Shown here: piece by piece, positions 25,760 through 41,007 of the stretch
How the letters are laid out: the number at the start of each line of letters is the position of its first letter
How positions within the stretch are numbered: the first letter of the stretch is position 1
Assembly: GCF_009914755.1 (NCBI RefSeq)
Contig: NC_060927.1
Length of the DNA: 64,000 nucleotides
Source: the human T2T-CHM13v2.0 reference genome, Homo sapiens
Direction: 5' to 3' (one strand)
The notes under the pieces: generated by a model
What the model was told of the DNA's origin: nothing
The model's input: only the letters and a program-made list of their open reading frames with translations
Databases searched by the model: none
Made by a program: the position numbers and the translations under genes

Positions 25760-26058
25760 CAGTGGTTCTCAAGCTTTTTGGTGTCAGGCTCCCTGTACAC
25801 TCTCAACTGAGGATCCCAAAATTGTTTATGGGTGTGATATCTATCATCATTTACCATATTAAAAAATTAAAATTAAGACATCATCAACCTTGAGACATCT
25901 TTATAGCAAAAGCCTCAGTCTATCCACCAACATGTCAGGTGGCCTCTAGAATATTCTACAGCACACTTGTGCAAGAATGATGGTGATAAGGCAAACAACA
26001 GCTGCTTGTTGTTATTTAAATGGTTTGAACTCCCTGGACCACACTTTGAGAAACATTG
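25760..26058. mobile_element. Internally deleted Charlie1-family (hAT) element
   Basis: Terminal inverted ends CAGTGGTTCTCAA ... TTTGAGAAACATTG; internal TTTTTGGTGTCAGG...GAGGATCCCAAA...TTTACCATATT. Confidence 0.75.
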
Positions 26059-28271
26059 CCATTAAAGAAAAAAATGTTCTTAGCCACAACCAACGCCAGC
26101 ACCCATGCCATTTGCCTGGCCCCCGTGGGTGTTTAAGTCTAAGCCCTGTTCTAGAAAGAGAGAGAGGAACATGCTCTGGGTCCTATAGGCAGAACTGACT
26201 GGGGGGTCCCCTTTCTAGTCCTGGTGGCTGAGGCTGCATGACCCTGCTCAGCACCACAGCTTGCAGCCCCTAGTACTGACAGGAAAGAGCTGCCTGCCTG
26301 TGGTGGGGCTGTTGTTGGTCACTTCAGGAAACAAAACAGCATCAGCCCCCATCTGCTGTGTGCCTGCCATGCACCAGGCACTGGAGGAAACCGAGGCTGT
26401 TTGAGAAATCACTAGTCCAAACGTTCCCAGCTTGCAAGAGACAGTGGCAAGGTGCGGGCCCAGGTAACCCTGTCCTGAGGCTGCAGAGGGAGGCCCTGGC
26501 CGTGGTAATCAACCTTCAGCAAGGTACAGCTGTCTGCCCTCTCTGGGTGCTTGTGCGTGGGATGGAGGGTGAGGAGTGCTATTGCTCACTGGGGGCTCCT
26601 GAGGGCCTTCCCCACTGTAACTCACTTGCACCTGCCCCTCCTATGAGACAGGGACTTTATGGCCAGCATTCCGCTGGCCCCAGCTGCATAATCCAGATCT
26701 GAACTGGGTGCTCCAGCTCCAGCACCTAAGCCCCATCCTCTGCAAACAGGGGTTTCACCCAACCTTCCCCAGGTTGGGCATGGTGGCAAATTTAGATCAG
26801 ATTAAAACGACAGCTCAGGGCACAGCTGGTAGAGCAGTCCTCGGAGGGGATGAAAGGTGGCGTGGTGACAACTGCAGTCTGGGTGCTGGCTTGGGGGCGG
26901 GTGAGGAGCAGGAGGAAGCATGGCTCACTCCTGGCCTGACCAAAGCAATCCCCAGCCCCACCTCTCACTGGGTTGGTCTTGGCAGGTCCAGCCCACCCAC
27001 CACCTGTCACCCTGCTGGAGAACTGCAGCCTGGCCTTCCTAGCCCCGAGACAGAGCGGCCAGGATGAAGTGATGCCCCAGCCTTGAGCAGGGTGCCCAGA
27101 GGGGGTGCTGAGCCAGCCCCTGGAGCCCACTCAGCCCCGATTCCACCTTCTTGGCTCAGCTCCTTCAGGGACGCCTGGGCTGACCTCACAGGCCACGCTG
27201 GGCAATTCCTCCCAGCACCTGGGCGATGCTGTTCAGAGGACAATTTCCCTTTCCCTCTCCCCTCTGGACAGCTCCGTGAGGATAAGAATAAGGTTGTCCG
27301 ACATACCCCACTTATGCCCAGCCTCAGCACGGCGCCTGGCACAACTAGCTGCTGGATAAATATTTGTGGATGAAATGAATATGCCCAGCTCATGTATGTC
27401 CCTGTCCCCAAATCCACATGCCTTTAAAAATAAAGCACCTACCTTCAAGGGGGCAGGCAGAGAGGTAAGGGCCTTTCATACGTGGGTTCTGGGGGATAGT
27501 AACATGGTAAACAGATGGTCTGCACAGAGCTGTCCTGACCCAAGGTACAGAGTGCCAGAAACAGCTGGAACTGAGATAGGGACCCAGGCCTTCTCTAAGT
27601 CAGGCCATCCTCCAGCCCCCAAGGTCAGGTCCATGGTCCAGTTCTCTCTGAAATTCACCAGGCTGGGTCTAACTCAAGCCGCTCCCATGGATCGGGGAAG
27701 GTGTTTGGAGTTTCCTTTCCCCTGGGGTTACCAGCAGAGTCCCTGGAGGGAGATTCTAGACAACTGAGCACAGGAGGACCACGGGGAGATAGGGAGGAGA
27801 CCCCATGCCTTTGCTAGCGAGCATACTCAAGTCTAGTTTCACCATCCACATGTAGGGCCCCTGAGTAAATTTGTAAAAGGCGCCCTCTTCTGGTGGATAC
27901 AGCCCCACAGGCCCAGGACTGAGCTAACAAGAATGCCATTAGAGTGCAGTTGTTCCTCTGCCAACTGCCCTCATGCAGTGCACAACCTGAGTATCTGTAC
28001 ATTTGGGAGTGCCTGGAGTTCTGCCCCACAGGGTGACAGTGACTCTGGGTACCTGCCACCCTCCCAAGACCAACAGTGAATGCTGCTCCTCCTTTCAGGG
28101 GGCTGGGAAGCCTAAGGGCCATGCATGCACGACCTGTAGCCACATGGAACCACCTGCTGCCTTCCTGGGGAAAGATAAAGCCCCACCCCTCAGCCCCCTA
28201 GGAGATTTACATGGACAAAGATAAGTCGCTTACAGGTCCAGAAGTCACAAGATCAAGAGAAAACATGTTAG

Positions 28272-28644
<373 letters not shown>

Positions 28645-30984
28645 GCAATTACATTTTTAAGTAGTCAAATTTTTAAGGCAATCAAGACTGCATCCCTACA
28701 TCACAGGCTTTAGCCCAAGTGGGCTGGGTGAGGTATGGCTTGCTTGGGTCTTGAAGGGGGCACACCCTCAGCCCTCTCACTGAGGCTGCCATACACGCTG
28801 GGCTCCCACACTGAGTCAGGAGCCCAGAGAGGGCCAGGGCTGCCTCAAGGTCACCCAATGGCCAGCTGGCAGTCAGGCTGGGCCCGAGTCAGGTCCCCAG
28901 GCCCCGCCCTTGCTCTAGATCCAGATCTGCTGGAGCCTGGGGGTGGGAGAGCTGGTCTCCAACTTGGGCCTTCACTGGGCACAGAGACACCGTTCTTTAC
29001 TGCTTAACAATCCCCCCCCCCCGCCAACCGTTTGCCCTGTGCCAGGCTGCAGCTTTCCTTAAGTCCTGCTGACAAGGAAAATCTGGTGCCAGCACCCACA
29101 AATATGTGTGACTTCTGGAGGGAGGCAGCAGCCTGGGTTCCCCAGGCCAGAGTGGGCGGATTTAAAGGACGGGTGGCAGAGGTGGGGGGGTCACTGGATA
29201 GGGGAGGACCAAACTGCCCAAGTATGTCTGGGATGGAGGGTGATAAACGTTTATATGTTTTTGACCAGATACCTGAAAAATACTTTCCATGTTTCTAGGG
29301 GGGCACATACATAGTCTTCACTGCATATTCTTTTATAATGTTTAAGATTTTCATCATGGGCCTGTATTTCCTAAGCAAATATTAAATTCATAGATCTAAA
29401 CCCATACATAAATGGCCCAGGCAGAAAAGAAAGAGACAGGAGCTCAGAATTTCAGAAGATGAAGGGACCCCAGATACTGACCTTCTCTGTAAAAATGAAA
29501 GCTAGGGTTGACTGAGTGCCCATGGGCCTTGCCTGTTGGGCCATGTTTTGAAAGCCCTTCTTTACCATCTCATTTCAGCCTGAGCGACCTGAGGAGGGAG
29601 ATGCTATTACTGACATCTTCCATGCTACAAACGAGGAAATGGAGCAAGGTCACCGCAGGCTGGACCCCTGCGCCCAGGTCACACCCACTGGCCAAGGCTG
29701 ACAGCATGCTACAGGGAAGGCTACGTCACAGGCTGGGCTGGGAGCTGGGCTGGGACCTGAGGCTCTGGCTCCTGCTCTTTGTCCCGACTTTTTCCCCAGA
29801 GGCCTAGAGTTCCCTGGAGCCCCAGGTAACAGCAGCCCTGCGCCAGAGGCAATGTGCCTTGTCAGACAACTGAGGGTTCCCCGGGGGCCAGGAGCAGAGC
29901 CTGCAGCTTCCTTGGGGTCACACAGGCAGACTACTGAGATGCAGGTGGCCATCCTCAGCCCCTCTGTGAGCCTCAGTTTCCTCATCTATGAAACAGGTGA
30001 ATCTTTCCTACCTTGGAAGGCAGGAGTAACGATGGCCCAAGATGAGGTATCTGACACACAGAGGTGCTCAGCACGCACTCATTCCCTTCCCCTCTCCCCT
30101 GCCTGGTGAACCCGAGAGTGGGAGGTCGGTCCTCTACTGGCTGCGTCCTGCCAGGCCAGGCATGGGGCACCGCCTGGGGAAAGGCACCAGGGTCTAGGGG
30201 GCAGGCTAACGGCTGGCAGTGACCCTCCCACCCAGAGGCACATACTAGGCACTGAAGAGGACGAGGAGCTGGGACGAGAACCAGGCTGGCAGGGTGCCTG
30301 TGCGCATATGTGAGCTCATGTGTGCTCCCCACAGGGGACCGAGACCCGGCAGGGGCTTGCTGTGGGCTGTGGCATCTCCCAGATCTCAGCTGCCCCAACA
30401 GACCAAGATAGAAGGAGCTTGGGAGGGGACATTTTATTTTCCAGCTAGAGATACTAATAGTGGGGCTGGCCCATCCCACCCTTCCCTTACCTTGGTCCAG
30501 TGCTGTGGGTGGGGGCCTCCTGCCACAAACAGCCGCAGCCTGGCTGGCTTCTCAGGCCTCCTCTGCTGCCCACACAGATGAGCTCCCTCAGCCGTCCCCC
30601 ATCTGGTGCTGCGGCCAGTGCGGGTCATAAACCCTGAGCCCCTGCTTAATCCGCCAGCTCCCGAGTCAGCGCCAGCCAGACACGTGACACTGCAGCCCCA
30701 CAGACCTGTTTGGCAGGAGCAGCAGCTGGTCCTGCTGGGGGCAGGGAGGGCTGTCCGCCTTGCCCTCGCCCTGTCCCTACCACCTCCCAGCCCACAGCCT
30801 GCAGTTGGGCCACTGCCTGCCTTGTAGCGAGAGGTATGGTACGTGCTGGGGGCAGTGCAGGTAGGGAAAAGAACACGGTTCTCACCAAATGGTGCCGGGC
30901 CACCTGGGAATGGGTATATGTGTGCACCTGGGGCCGTGCATGTGCACACATGTGCATGTGTCAGAGAGAGAGAGAGAGACCGTA

Positions 30985-32340
<1,356 letters not shown>

Positions 32341-32659
32341 AGAAAGGTACATGTGATAAGGGTGGGGAAAGGCATGGACTCCAAGCTGTGACTGCAGAGC
32401 CACCAGGCAGCAGCATCCGAGCTAGAAGGGCTCATCTTGCTCTCTTATGTCACAGACAAGAACTGAGGATCAGAGACAGGAAGGAACTTGCCCAACGATG
32501 CAAAGCAAGTTAGAAGCCAGCAGGGCCAAGACTAGAATCTAGGTTAGGCAAAGCCCAAACCAAGGCTCTCCTCTCTGGTCTCTTTGGAAGAGTTCTTCCA
32601 TTGCAAATCACATTTAACACCAACTGGAGCAGATGGGTTGATTTTAGCATTTAGCACTC

Positions 32660-32830
32660 CAAAATTATTTTGTTTGCTTATGTATTGTGGGTCTCTTGCC
32701 ACTAGAATAAAAGCTCCCGGAGGGCATGGCTTTCGGTCTCTTTTGCTCCAGTGGTAACCCCAGCACCAAACTGAAAATCTGGCACATAGTAGGTGCTCCA
32801 TAAATATTTGCTGAATGAGTAAATGAATGG
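32660..32830 (+). mobile_element. L2 3' end
   Basis: CCACTAGAATAAAAGCTCC...CTGGCACATAGTAGGTGCTCCATAAATATTTGCTGAATGAGTAAATGAATG. Confidence 0.85.
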
Positions 32831-34488
32831 AGCTGATGCTTCTATTTGCACTTTCAGATCCTAGAAATCCCTGGTGGCTTCTGTGATATCCCAAAGGAGA
32901 AAACAGAAAAACAACTGTATGATACTGACACACTTTCACAGAATTATCTTCATAACTGCCTTAGGAGGTGGGTACCATCATCACCCCATTTTAAAGAGGA
33001 GAAAACAGGGAGGCCTAGTGACTTGTCCAAGGTCATGCACAAAGCTAGGAAGCTGACAGCTGGAATTCGAACCCAGCCCAGCTGCCTTCAAGCACCCCTA
33101 GGATCACTGAACTGGAAGCACAGAAAGGCTGAACCCCATCCATGACTCTGAAGCCCCCAAAAGGCTGGCTGGCCCTGGGCCACTCCACACACCTGAGCTT
33201 ACCACGATCTGTGGGATTCAGTCCCTCTTGTCCTCACCCGCCCTCAACCCTCCTGAGTGCTGGTTCTGACTTCTAAAGTGTTTTTCCGGTCTCTTCCAAA
33301 CTCGCAGCCCCCAGTAAGGAAGCCTGGGTAGGGATTAGGTCCCCCATGATAAAGATGGGGAAGCTTTGGTTCAGGGAGGGGAAGGGACTTGTCCAGAGCA
33401 ACAAAGAGTCCGGCTCTCTGACCTAAAGGCCTCCTAAGTTAGAGTGACAGACAGAGACCCCAGCTGCTGCTCAAGGATTAGCCATAAGATGCTCAATTTT
33501 CTTCCTGGTTCCTTTTATACCAAACCCTCAGTCCACTTGGATAAGCCCCAAACCTGGTCCTAGTTCAGCATCTGGCTGAGCTAAATAATGAAATGCTCCC
33601 ATAATACCCCTCGGCACTTGGCTTTATTAAAACACGTTGGCACTTTTAGGATTGTTACAAACCTGTGTTACTATCCTGATAGCTTTCCACCAAGTCCTTG
33701 GATCACTGAAAAAATAAATCATTGGCTGTGGGAGTCTTGGAGCTAAAATGGTCCTGCAGGGCATCTCAGCTAACTGAAATTTGTGAATCCTCCACCTGGC
33801 CTCACTCCACACACCGATGAGGGAAACTCACTGCCTTCTAAGGCAGCCTGTTCCTTGTTTGGATTCAGCTCAGTCTCAGTCAGGCACAACAAGAACTTAT
33901 ATCCTCCCCTGGCACTAGGGATGAAGTAATGCCTCAGGCCCCACTCTGCCCTCAGGGAGTTCACAGTCTGGAAGAAGAAATTGTGTAAGCACAACCGGAT
34001 AAGGAATGACGCAGGCCAGGGTTACCTTCTAAAAAGACAGCAGGTAAGGCCCAAGCTGTGTGTACAGAGGTCATTAGCTCCCACAGCTGGCTTTCTATGC
34101 TGTCACACACGGCACGCAGGGATTTATTTGGGTCAGTCTGGACTCCGCGCACTTGAGTCTGAAGCCCTTCCCAGAGGAATGCCACCCTGAGGGTGTCTGG
34201 GTACACAGACTGGTAAACTGCTGGGGCTCTGGGGCAACCGAGCAACGCTGAAAGGACAATCAATGGTGCAGCATCCTACATCATTCCAGCTGGCCTGTGG
34301 GATTGACACTGTTTTAATATTATGCTTCGAGAACCATCATACAAGGGAATGATAGGTTTGTGGTTTTGCAGACGAAATGGGAAATACATGTGAAAGCCCC
34401 TGTGATCAGGTCTGGCATGGAGTAGATGCTTAGAAAAAAATGCTCGCTGGGTTTGCACTGCAATCCTGCTGGATTAGAAAGCCACATA

Positions 34489-34521
34489 CACAGTTCTCTG
34501 AGTCACAGTTCTCTAAGTCAC
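34489..34521. repeat. 15-bp tandem duplication containing an AP-1 site
   Basis: CACAGTTCTCTGAGT CACAGTTCTCTAAGT CAC; TGAGTCA at 34499. Confidence 0.8.
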
Positions 34522-36869
34522 TGAGAATTTAGCAGCCTGCTTCCTGCTTTTCCAAACTGACGCTTGCTATGATGGCCCCACTGAATAGCCCCGAGGCAGG
34601 GGGTGAGAGGGAGTCTGGAAGACTGGTATATTACCAGGGGTCTAAAGTCAGTCCCTACCTGCGCCCTGCTTTGCATCGCCCTTCTGTTCAGTGATAATGG
34701 TATCCCCGCGGGGAAGATTCAGGGACTCAGGGCAGGATTTGCCAAAGAGGTATCATGGATGAGGGTGATGAAGGATGAACGGAGTTTGCCAGATGGCAGG
34801 GGTGGGGTGTTCCTTCCCGCAGGAGCCAAAGCAGGGCGAGGCGGGGGCCCAGTGGAAAGGCAGGGGGCTCCAGAAAATGCTGCTCCCACAAGCAGGTTTG
34901 CATCTCACTGCATGGTGGTAATGAATGCTGATCTGAGATGCGGCAGTGCGTGGGACCCCAGTCTACACGGACCTCACCAACAGAATGGGCTTTTGCCAGC
35001 CTCTTGCACGTGAGAAACACCTCTTGATAGGAATGAGCAGCCCCCCACTCCCCACCTGCCTAATTATGAGGGGCAGGGGGAGTGATGAGGGCTCTGGTCA
35101 ACTCTCCTACCAGAGGCCAGATTCAGACTCCCTGACCAGCACAAAGGCAGCTCCAGCTTGCACAGCCCAGTGATGGGCAGCTTCCTACAAGAACAAAGGA
35201 TGGCTGTATTCTTGGCTGGGGACACTTAGGTGCTTAGGTCCACCCCTTATACCAATGGCTGAAACTGTGTGCAGGAAAGCTGAGGACACAAATGGTCGCA
35301 GTTCTTCTGGTGTGGCCTCAGCACTCCCCTCTGGACAATGGGGGAAGGGAGCATGACTAAAACCAAGGGTGGTGGTGTGGGGACAGCAGGCATGGGACAG
35401 GCAGGGCAGGGCAGGTTGGTCAGAGCAGCGGCTGGAAGGGCGGGCTGCCATGGGCCCTTTAAGCAGCCTTGAAAGAGAGTGGCAACTCCAGTCATGAGAC
35501 CCAAGATTACCTAATGTTTGCAAACCGTGCAGGAGACAGTCCCCTGCAGAGGTGAGCACAGGCCCCCTCCCTTGTCCCTCCACTGCAGAGACCTCTGAGG
35601 GGACACCGAGTCCTCCGAGCATTCCCCAGGAAGCAGCCCTCTCAGGATGACTGGGTTGCTGGAGAGCTGGGGACAGGGCCCCTCGGCTCTGAATACGCTG
35701 TGTGACCTTGGACATGTCCCTGCCTCTCTCTGGCCTCAGTTCTCCATCTCTAACACAGTAGGGTGGCTCCGGGATGCTCCCTCCGGCACTGATGCTTAAT
35801 GGCTGGGCTGTGGGCATTGTGGCCACCCCAAGTCACCTCTCAGTTTATCTTTTCCTGTGGGGGGTGGGGGGTGGGAGGAGATGGCACCGCTAAGGCAATT
35901 TCTCTTCTTTCCCCTTAAATCTGGTTTCTGGGCTCTAATTGCACATGGCTTCAGCAGCCTGGCCATCTTGCCAACTGTAATGAGGAGGTGGGCATCATAC
36001 TGGGGGCAGGGGAGGGTGACGAGAAAGCTATTCCTGTGTCACCTTAATTCAGAATTGTTCAGAGGGGGCTGCACAGGCCAATGTGTCCACTGCCTGGTGG
36101 AGCCTGACCACAAAATGAAACGGTGGCTCATCAAAGTGCACAACCAGACCCCTGCTCCCAGTCTAGGACAGGTCCCTCACCACCACAGATCACTGGGCAT
36201 GCTCAGAGCAACACTCACAAAGCTGACCAGGCAGAGCCGACTGCTGTCCTTGTGAGCCTCATCTCCTGGACAAGGCCAGGGGGAGGGGACACCCACTGTC
36301 ACCTTTCTGCTCCCTTTGCTCCAGGAACAGATCAGCTGTGACAGTTGAGAGCTTGGCAATTTAAAGTGACAACTGCCTGGCAGAAACATGGGAGGGGAAG
36401 TTCCCCAGGACTATTAGGGGTGGGGAGAAGCTTGACTCACCTCTGCCAACCCACCCTGCCTGCTTAGAGCCCAAGGGCAGGTGGTTTTGTAGCGGGAGGT
36501 TGCGGTGGGGGCGGGGGTCCCACACTCTAAGACCCTGGCCCAGGAGTGTCTCATCCTCAGGCTGGCAGGTGGGACAGGTTTCCAACAACAGCCCCCATTA
36601 CACCTCATCCCCCTGCTGCCACCTGCCCCCTATGGGTCAGGGTCCAGAGGTCGCCAAGGCTGTTCTGGTCCCCAAGACTGCTCCCTAAGCCAACTCTCCT
36701 GGAGGTCTACCGGGAGAGCTCCCTCCACCCCAAGACTGAGAACCAGTCTCTTCCCCACGTGGTAATGGCAGGAGGGGCTGCCCAAGGTCACACGGGGTTG
36801 GGAGGCAGGGACAGGGCCAGGTTGGACCCAGCCCTCCAGCCCTGCCAAAGCTTCTCCCTCCCTCCCAAG

Positions 36870-38740
36870 GCGCGTCCGTGTGGCTCCCAGCGAATTCCTG
36901 AGATGCCTCAACCTCCCGCTCGCAGGCTCGGGACCCTGGACGCGGTGGCGGGATTTCTCCGCCCGGAGGCAGCAGCGGTGGTGGAGGCGGGGTGGGGGTG
37001 GGGAAGAGAAGCAGGGTAGTGCGGAGTCGGGGGGTGGGGAATGCTTTGCATGGCGACCCTCGGGGTCTGGATTCACGTACCCCCGCTTCGGGGAGGCAAC
37101 CAACTGCACTGATGAAGAGATGGAGCACCCCGCCCCTCCCCGACCCCCAATATCGCGCCTTTAGCGTTCGCAAGGCTTCGGGATAAGCCGTCTGCATAGC
37201 CGCGGAGGTTGGGGCTTCTGCGTCCTCACCGCTCCAGTCCCAGAGAGCGACACCGCAGAGCCCAGCTCAGAAAGACTGGCGCTGGCGCGCCCCGGCCCCC
37301 ATTCCCGTGAGCTTGGCGGCCGCTGATCCCCAACCCCACAACCCTGCGGCCGGTGCGGGCTTAGCAACTGCGGCCTCGCAACCTCCTTCCGAGACCCGCT
37401 CCGCGAAGCCCGCCGCGATCCCCGCGCGCCCCAGGTTCCCGAGAGCCAACTGCGTGTCGGTGCAACCGCGGCCCCGGGGGCGGAGCTGCCGCCCAGGCCG
37501 CCCCGCGGAGGGCATTCCCGGCTGCAGCCCCAGCGACCCCCGCCCGGGGCCCCGCACCGCACCGGTCGCCGGGCGCGTCCCCCGCCGGCCCGCCTCCTAC
37601 CTCGCGGGTCCGCCCGCAGCCGCCGAGAGCGCGCCGTCCCCGCGGCCGGCGCGGCCCCAGAGCGTCCGGTGGCCGGGCGCGGGGGGGCGGGGGCGGGCGC
37701 TCGGGAGCCGGAGCCGGAGCCCGAGCCCGATACCAGCGCCACCGGCGGGGCGGCCTCCCCGCGCGCCGCCCTCCTGCCCGCCCCACCGCCCGTGCGCCGT
37801 GACCTTGGCGGGTGGCCTCGCCGCGCCTGGCCTCAGTTTCCCCCCTCGGAAGGTGTGTGTGCGTGCGCGGCTGTGCTAGGGGGCGGGGAGGACGGTGCCG
37901 CCCCGGCCGCCGACGTCACCCGAGCCTGGACGAGTGGAGGGCGCTCAGGTCGGTGCAGCCGCTGCAGCGGATGGGTCAGGAGAGCGGGGTACGCGGGGTC
38001 CAGGCGCGGAACCGGGGGCACTGCGACCCCCGGCATTTCCCTCAGACTACCCCAGACCCCCAATAAACAGCGAACAAACGCACCTCAGGCCAAGTCCCCC
38101 GGCTCCTCCGAGGGAAAGCTGCAGCCCCGGCCGAAACGCCCCACCCCCGCCGCCGTCCCCAGTTCGCAGATGGGAACACTGAGGCCCACAGCAGGGAAGC
38201 CACTGGCCCAGAGGCGCACAGCTGCACCACGCTCCTCCGCGTCCCCTCCAGGACACACCCTCCTGACTGTTTGGGGACGGGGTGGGGACCTGGGCCTGCC
38301 GGTGCCGCCCCCATCCCTCAGCCGACCTCGATTTAGATGCTGGGACGGGCCCTGGTGGCCTGGCGACTGTTACAGAGAATGGGGTGGGCACAATCGGAAG
38401 GGAGCCCAAAGACGGGGAAGAAGTGGCGCAGATAGCAGAGGCTGGGCCTGGAAGGGATATGGGCGGGAGCGCGCCCGCGGGGGTGCACCTAAGGAGAAAG
38501 CGAGGACGCGCGAGTGCCCTCCCTGGTGGGTCGCAGAGCAGACCTGCCCCGGAAGCCCTGAACGCCGGGCCGGGAGCGGCGGCCTCTCTCCCGCAGCCGG
38601 AACCCCGCCGGTCTGGAGCGAGGGCGTCAGGTGGCGGGCTGCGATTGGGACGAGGCGCCCCCTGGTGCCCGGAGGCGGCGAGACCGGAGACCGGAGGGAC
38701 GGGGCCGCCAGGGCCCAGCCAGAGAAGCTGAGCGAGTGAT
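36870..38740. promoter_or_regulatory. Second CpG island, probable alternative IQSEC1 promoter
   Basis: ~1.9 kb of dense CpG, GC boxes at 37681-37700, minus-strand donor GAG|GTAGGA at 37601/37600. Confidence 0.8.
38654..38670 (-). promoter_or_regulatory. Candidate CTCF site
   Basis: Minus strand GGGCACCAGGGGGCGCC versus core CCACCAGGGGGCGC. Confidence 0.5.
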
Positions 38741-39416
38741 GTCATGAGTCAGGAGACCCGGCTCTGTGGGTCCTGCCACGAGGGGCTGTGTGACCTTGGG
38801 CAAGACGTTTCCCCCTCTGGACTTCTGGGAGGAAAGGACAGAAGGAGGGACCCTGATTTTTACCTCTGACATCTCATGACCCTGGACATCTGGGTCAGGT
38901 GAGAATGGGCAAATGGATCCAGAAAGGCACAGACGGATCAGAAGTGAGATGTAGACACTGTTCAGCACTGGAGGAGGATTATTCATTTACTTGAGGCAGA
39001 AACTAGTATCCCAATTTTACAGACAAGGACACCGAGGCAGAGAGGTAAAGTCATCTGCCCACATTCACACAGCAGCTAAGGGGTGAGCTGGGATTTGAAC
39101 ACCCACCTGCGAAGCTGTAGAGTCTAAGCAGTGTGCCTGACTGCCCCACTCCCCACTCTTGCAGAATTTATTGAGCATCTAAGTTGTCCCTAGAATACCC
39201 AAGGCACTGGTGACAGAGACGAATAAGGAACGGCCCAGCTCCTGGTGGGTCTTCCTGCCTCGTGGCAAGAGTTAAGCCCATGGCTTCTTATCAGTGCTCA
39301 CAGCCAACTGTACAGTGGATCCCCTGGGAATGGGCTTGTGGGCTGAAATGTGAGTCCCATCCCCACTGCATATTCTACCCTTCCATATTATTGGAGGTTT
39401 AAAAAATATTTTTAAG

Positions 39417-39687
39417 GGCTAGGTGTGGTGGCTCATGCCTGTAATCCCAGTGCTTTGGGAGGCTGAGGTGGAAGGATCACTTGAAGCCAAGAGTTTTGAG
39501 GCCAGCCTGGGCAACACAGCGAGACTCCATCTCAAAAATAAATTAACCAGGCATGGTAGTGCTCCAGCTACTCGGGAGGCTGAGGCAAGAGGATTGCTTA
39601 AGCCCAGGAGTTCAAGGTTATTGCGAGCTATCATTGCACCACTGCACTCCAGCCTGGGCAACAGAGCAAGACTTTGTCTCTTAAAAA
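39417..39687 (+). mobile_element. AluJ
   Basis: Dimer with J-type GGATTGCTTAAGCCCAGGAGTTCAAGG. Confidence 0.92.
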
Positions 39688-41007
39688 CACTTTTTTTTTT
39701 TAAAGAGCAGTTAAGGGAAGATAAGATGCTTGTAGTTTTAATATTTAAAAATGCAGTCCCTGAGAAGCCATATACTTTTGTTGTCAGTGCCAGGAGTAGG
39801 TCACCTGGCTGGTTGGAAGGCAGGTGAGGAAGTGAGAATGACAAAGGTTTTAGAATCTGTTGGACCTGGGCAAGTCCCACGACTTTTCTGAGACTCATTT
39901 GAACTCATCCTTAAAATGGAACTGAAGCTAAAAATTCCCACCCTGCCTCGCTTCCAAGGCTGCTGTGAGAATTAACTATGATAATGTGTGGAAAGCCTGC
40001 ACAAAATGCACTGTGTAAATATTTTCATTCCCAGGAGCCGTGAAGGAAGATGTCGAACACTTAACTGCATAAAAATTAAAACTATGTAAATGGAATCAAA
40101 ATACCATAAACAAAGTAAAAAAGACAAATGGTAAACTGAAAAAAAATGTCTGCTGCAGCACATATGACAGAATTTAATTGAGGAAAATGCAATGAAAGTT
40201 AATTTCTCTAATACATAAACAGGTCTTTCAAATCGATAGGAAAAAGATGACTAACCCATTAGAAAAAAGAGCAAAGGATATGAACAAGCAGCTCATGGAA
40301 AGATCTTCAATCTCACTTGTAATTAAATGTATATTAAAGAAATACAAATCAAAACACAACATGGTTGCCATTTTTTAATCTACCAAGTTGGCAAAAACGA
40401 ATAAGTTTGCTAATACTTTTGCTGCTAAAGGTGGGAAGAAATGAGCACTCTCAAAAATGCTGTAGGGTGAGGTGCCAGATGGTGCAACCAATCGGGAAGG
40501 GTATGGCGAAGCTACTACAGCATGCTAATATAAAAATACAAGGACAGACAACACAGCACTGTGTGTACCAGTAAACAGCGAAAGAAAAGAGCCATCTTCA
40601 GGGTCCAGCAGTAGGAGAGGGAGTAACTTCATTAAGATACCCATTACTGGGACTTTGTCCTAGGATGGACAGATCTCCAGGTCATATTTCTACTGAAAAA
40701 TTCAAGGAACAGAAGACTGTATATCATGATCCTTTTGTGTACAAGTTAAAAGGCTCTATGTAGATGTGTGTGGGAATTTCCTAATTTTCCCAAAGGACAC
40801 AAATATGCCGAAACAAAAAAACTCTTATTGATGGATACCTTTTGGGAGGACTGAGGGGTGCATGGAATGGATATGTGAGGCGCTTTTACTTTTCATTTTA
40901 TACTTTTTTGTAATAATTGATTTTTAAAAGGTCAACAGGGGTTATCTGGGCACAAGCTGATGGGCCAATTGAAGTCTCTTCTTGACATGTCTTTATATTT
41001 AAACAAT

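Noticed and set aside
37669-38739. 356-aa ORF, the longest in the window
   Set aside because: GTG start, lies in the CpG island, runs through MIR remnants, no domain similarity.
40145-40180. GCAGCACATATG resembling the U6 snRNA 5' region
   Set aside because: The match does not extend; it sits within L1 ORF2-derived sequence.
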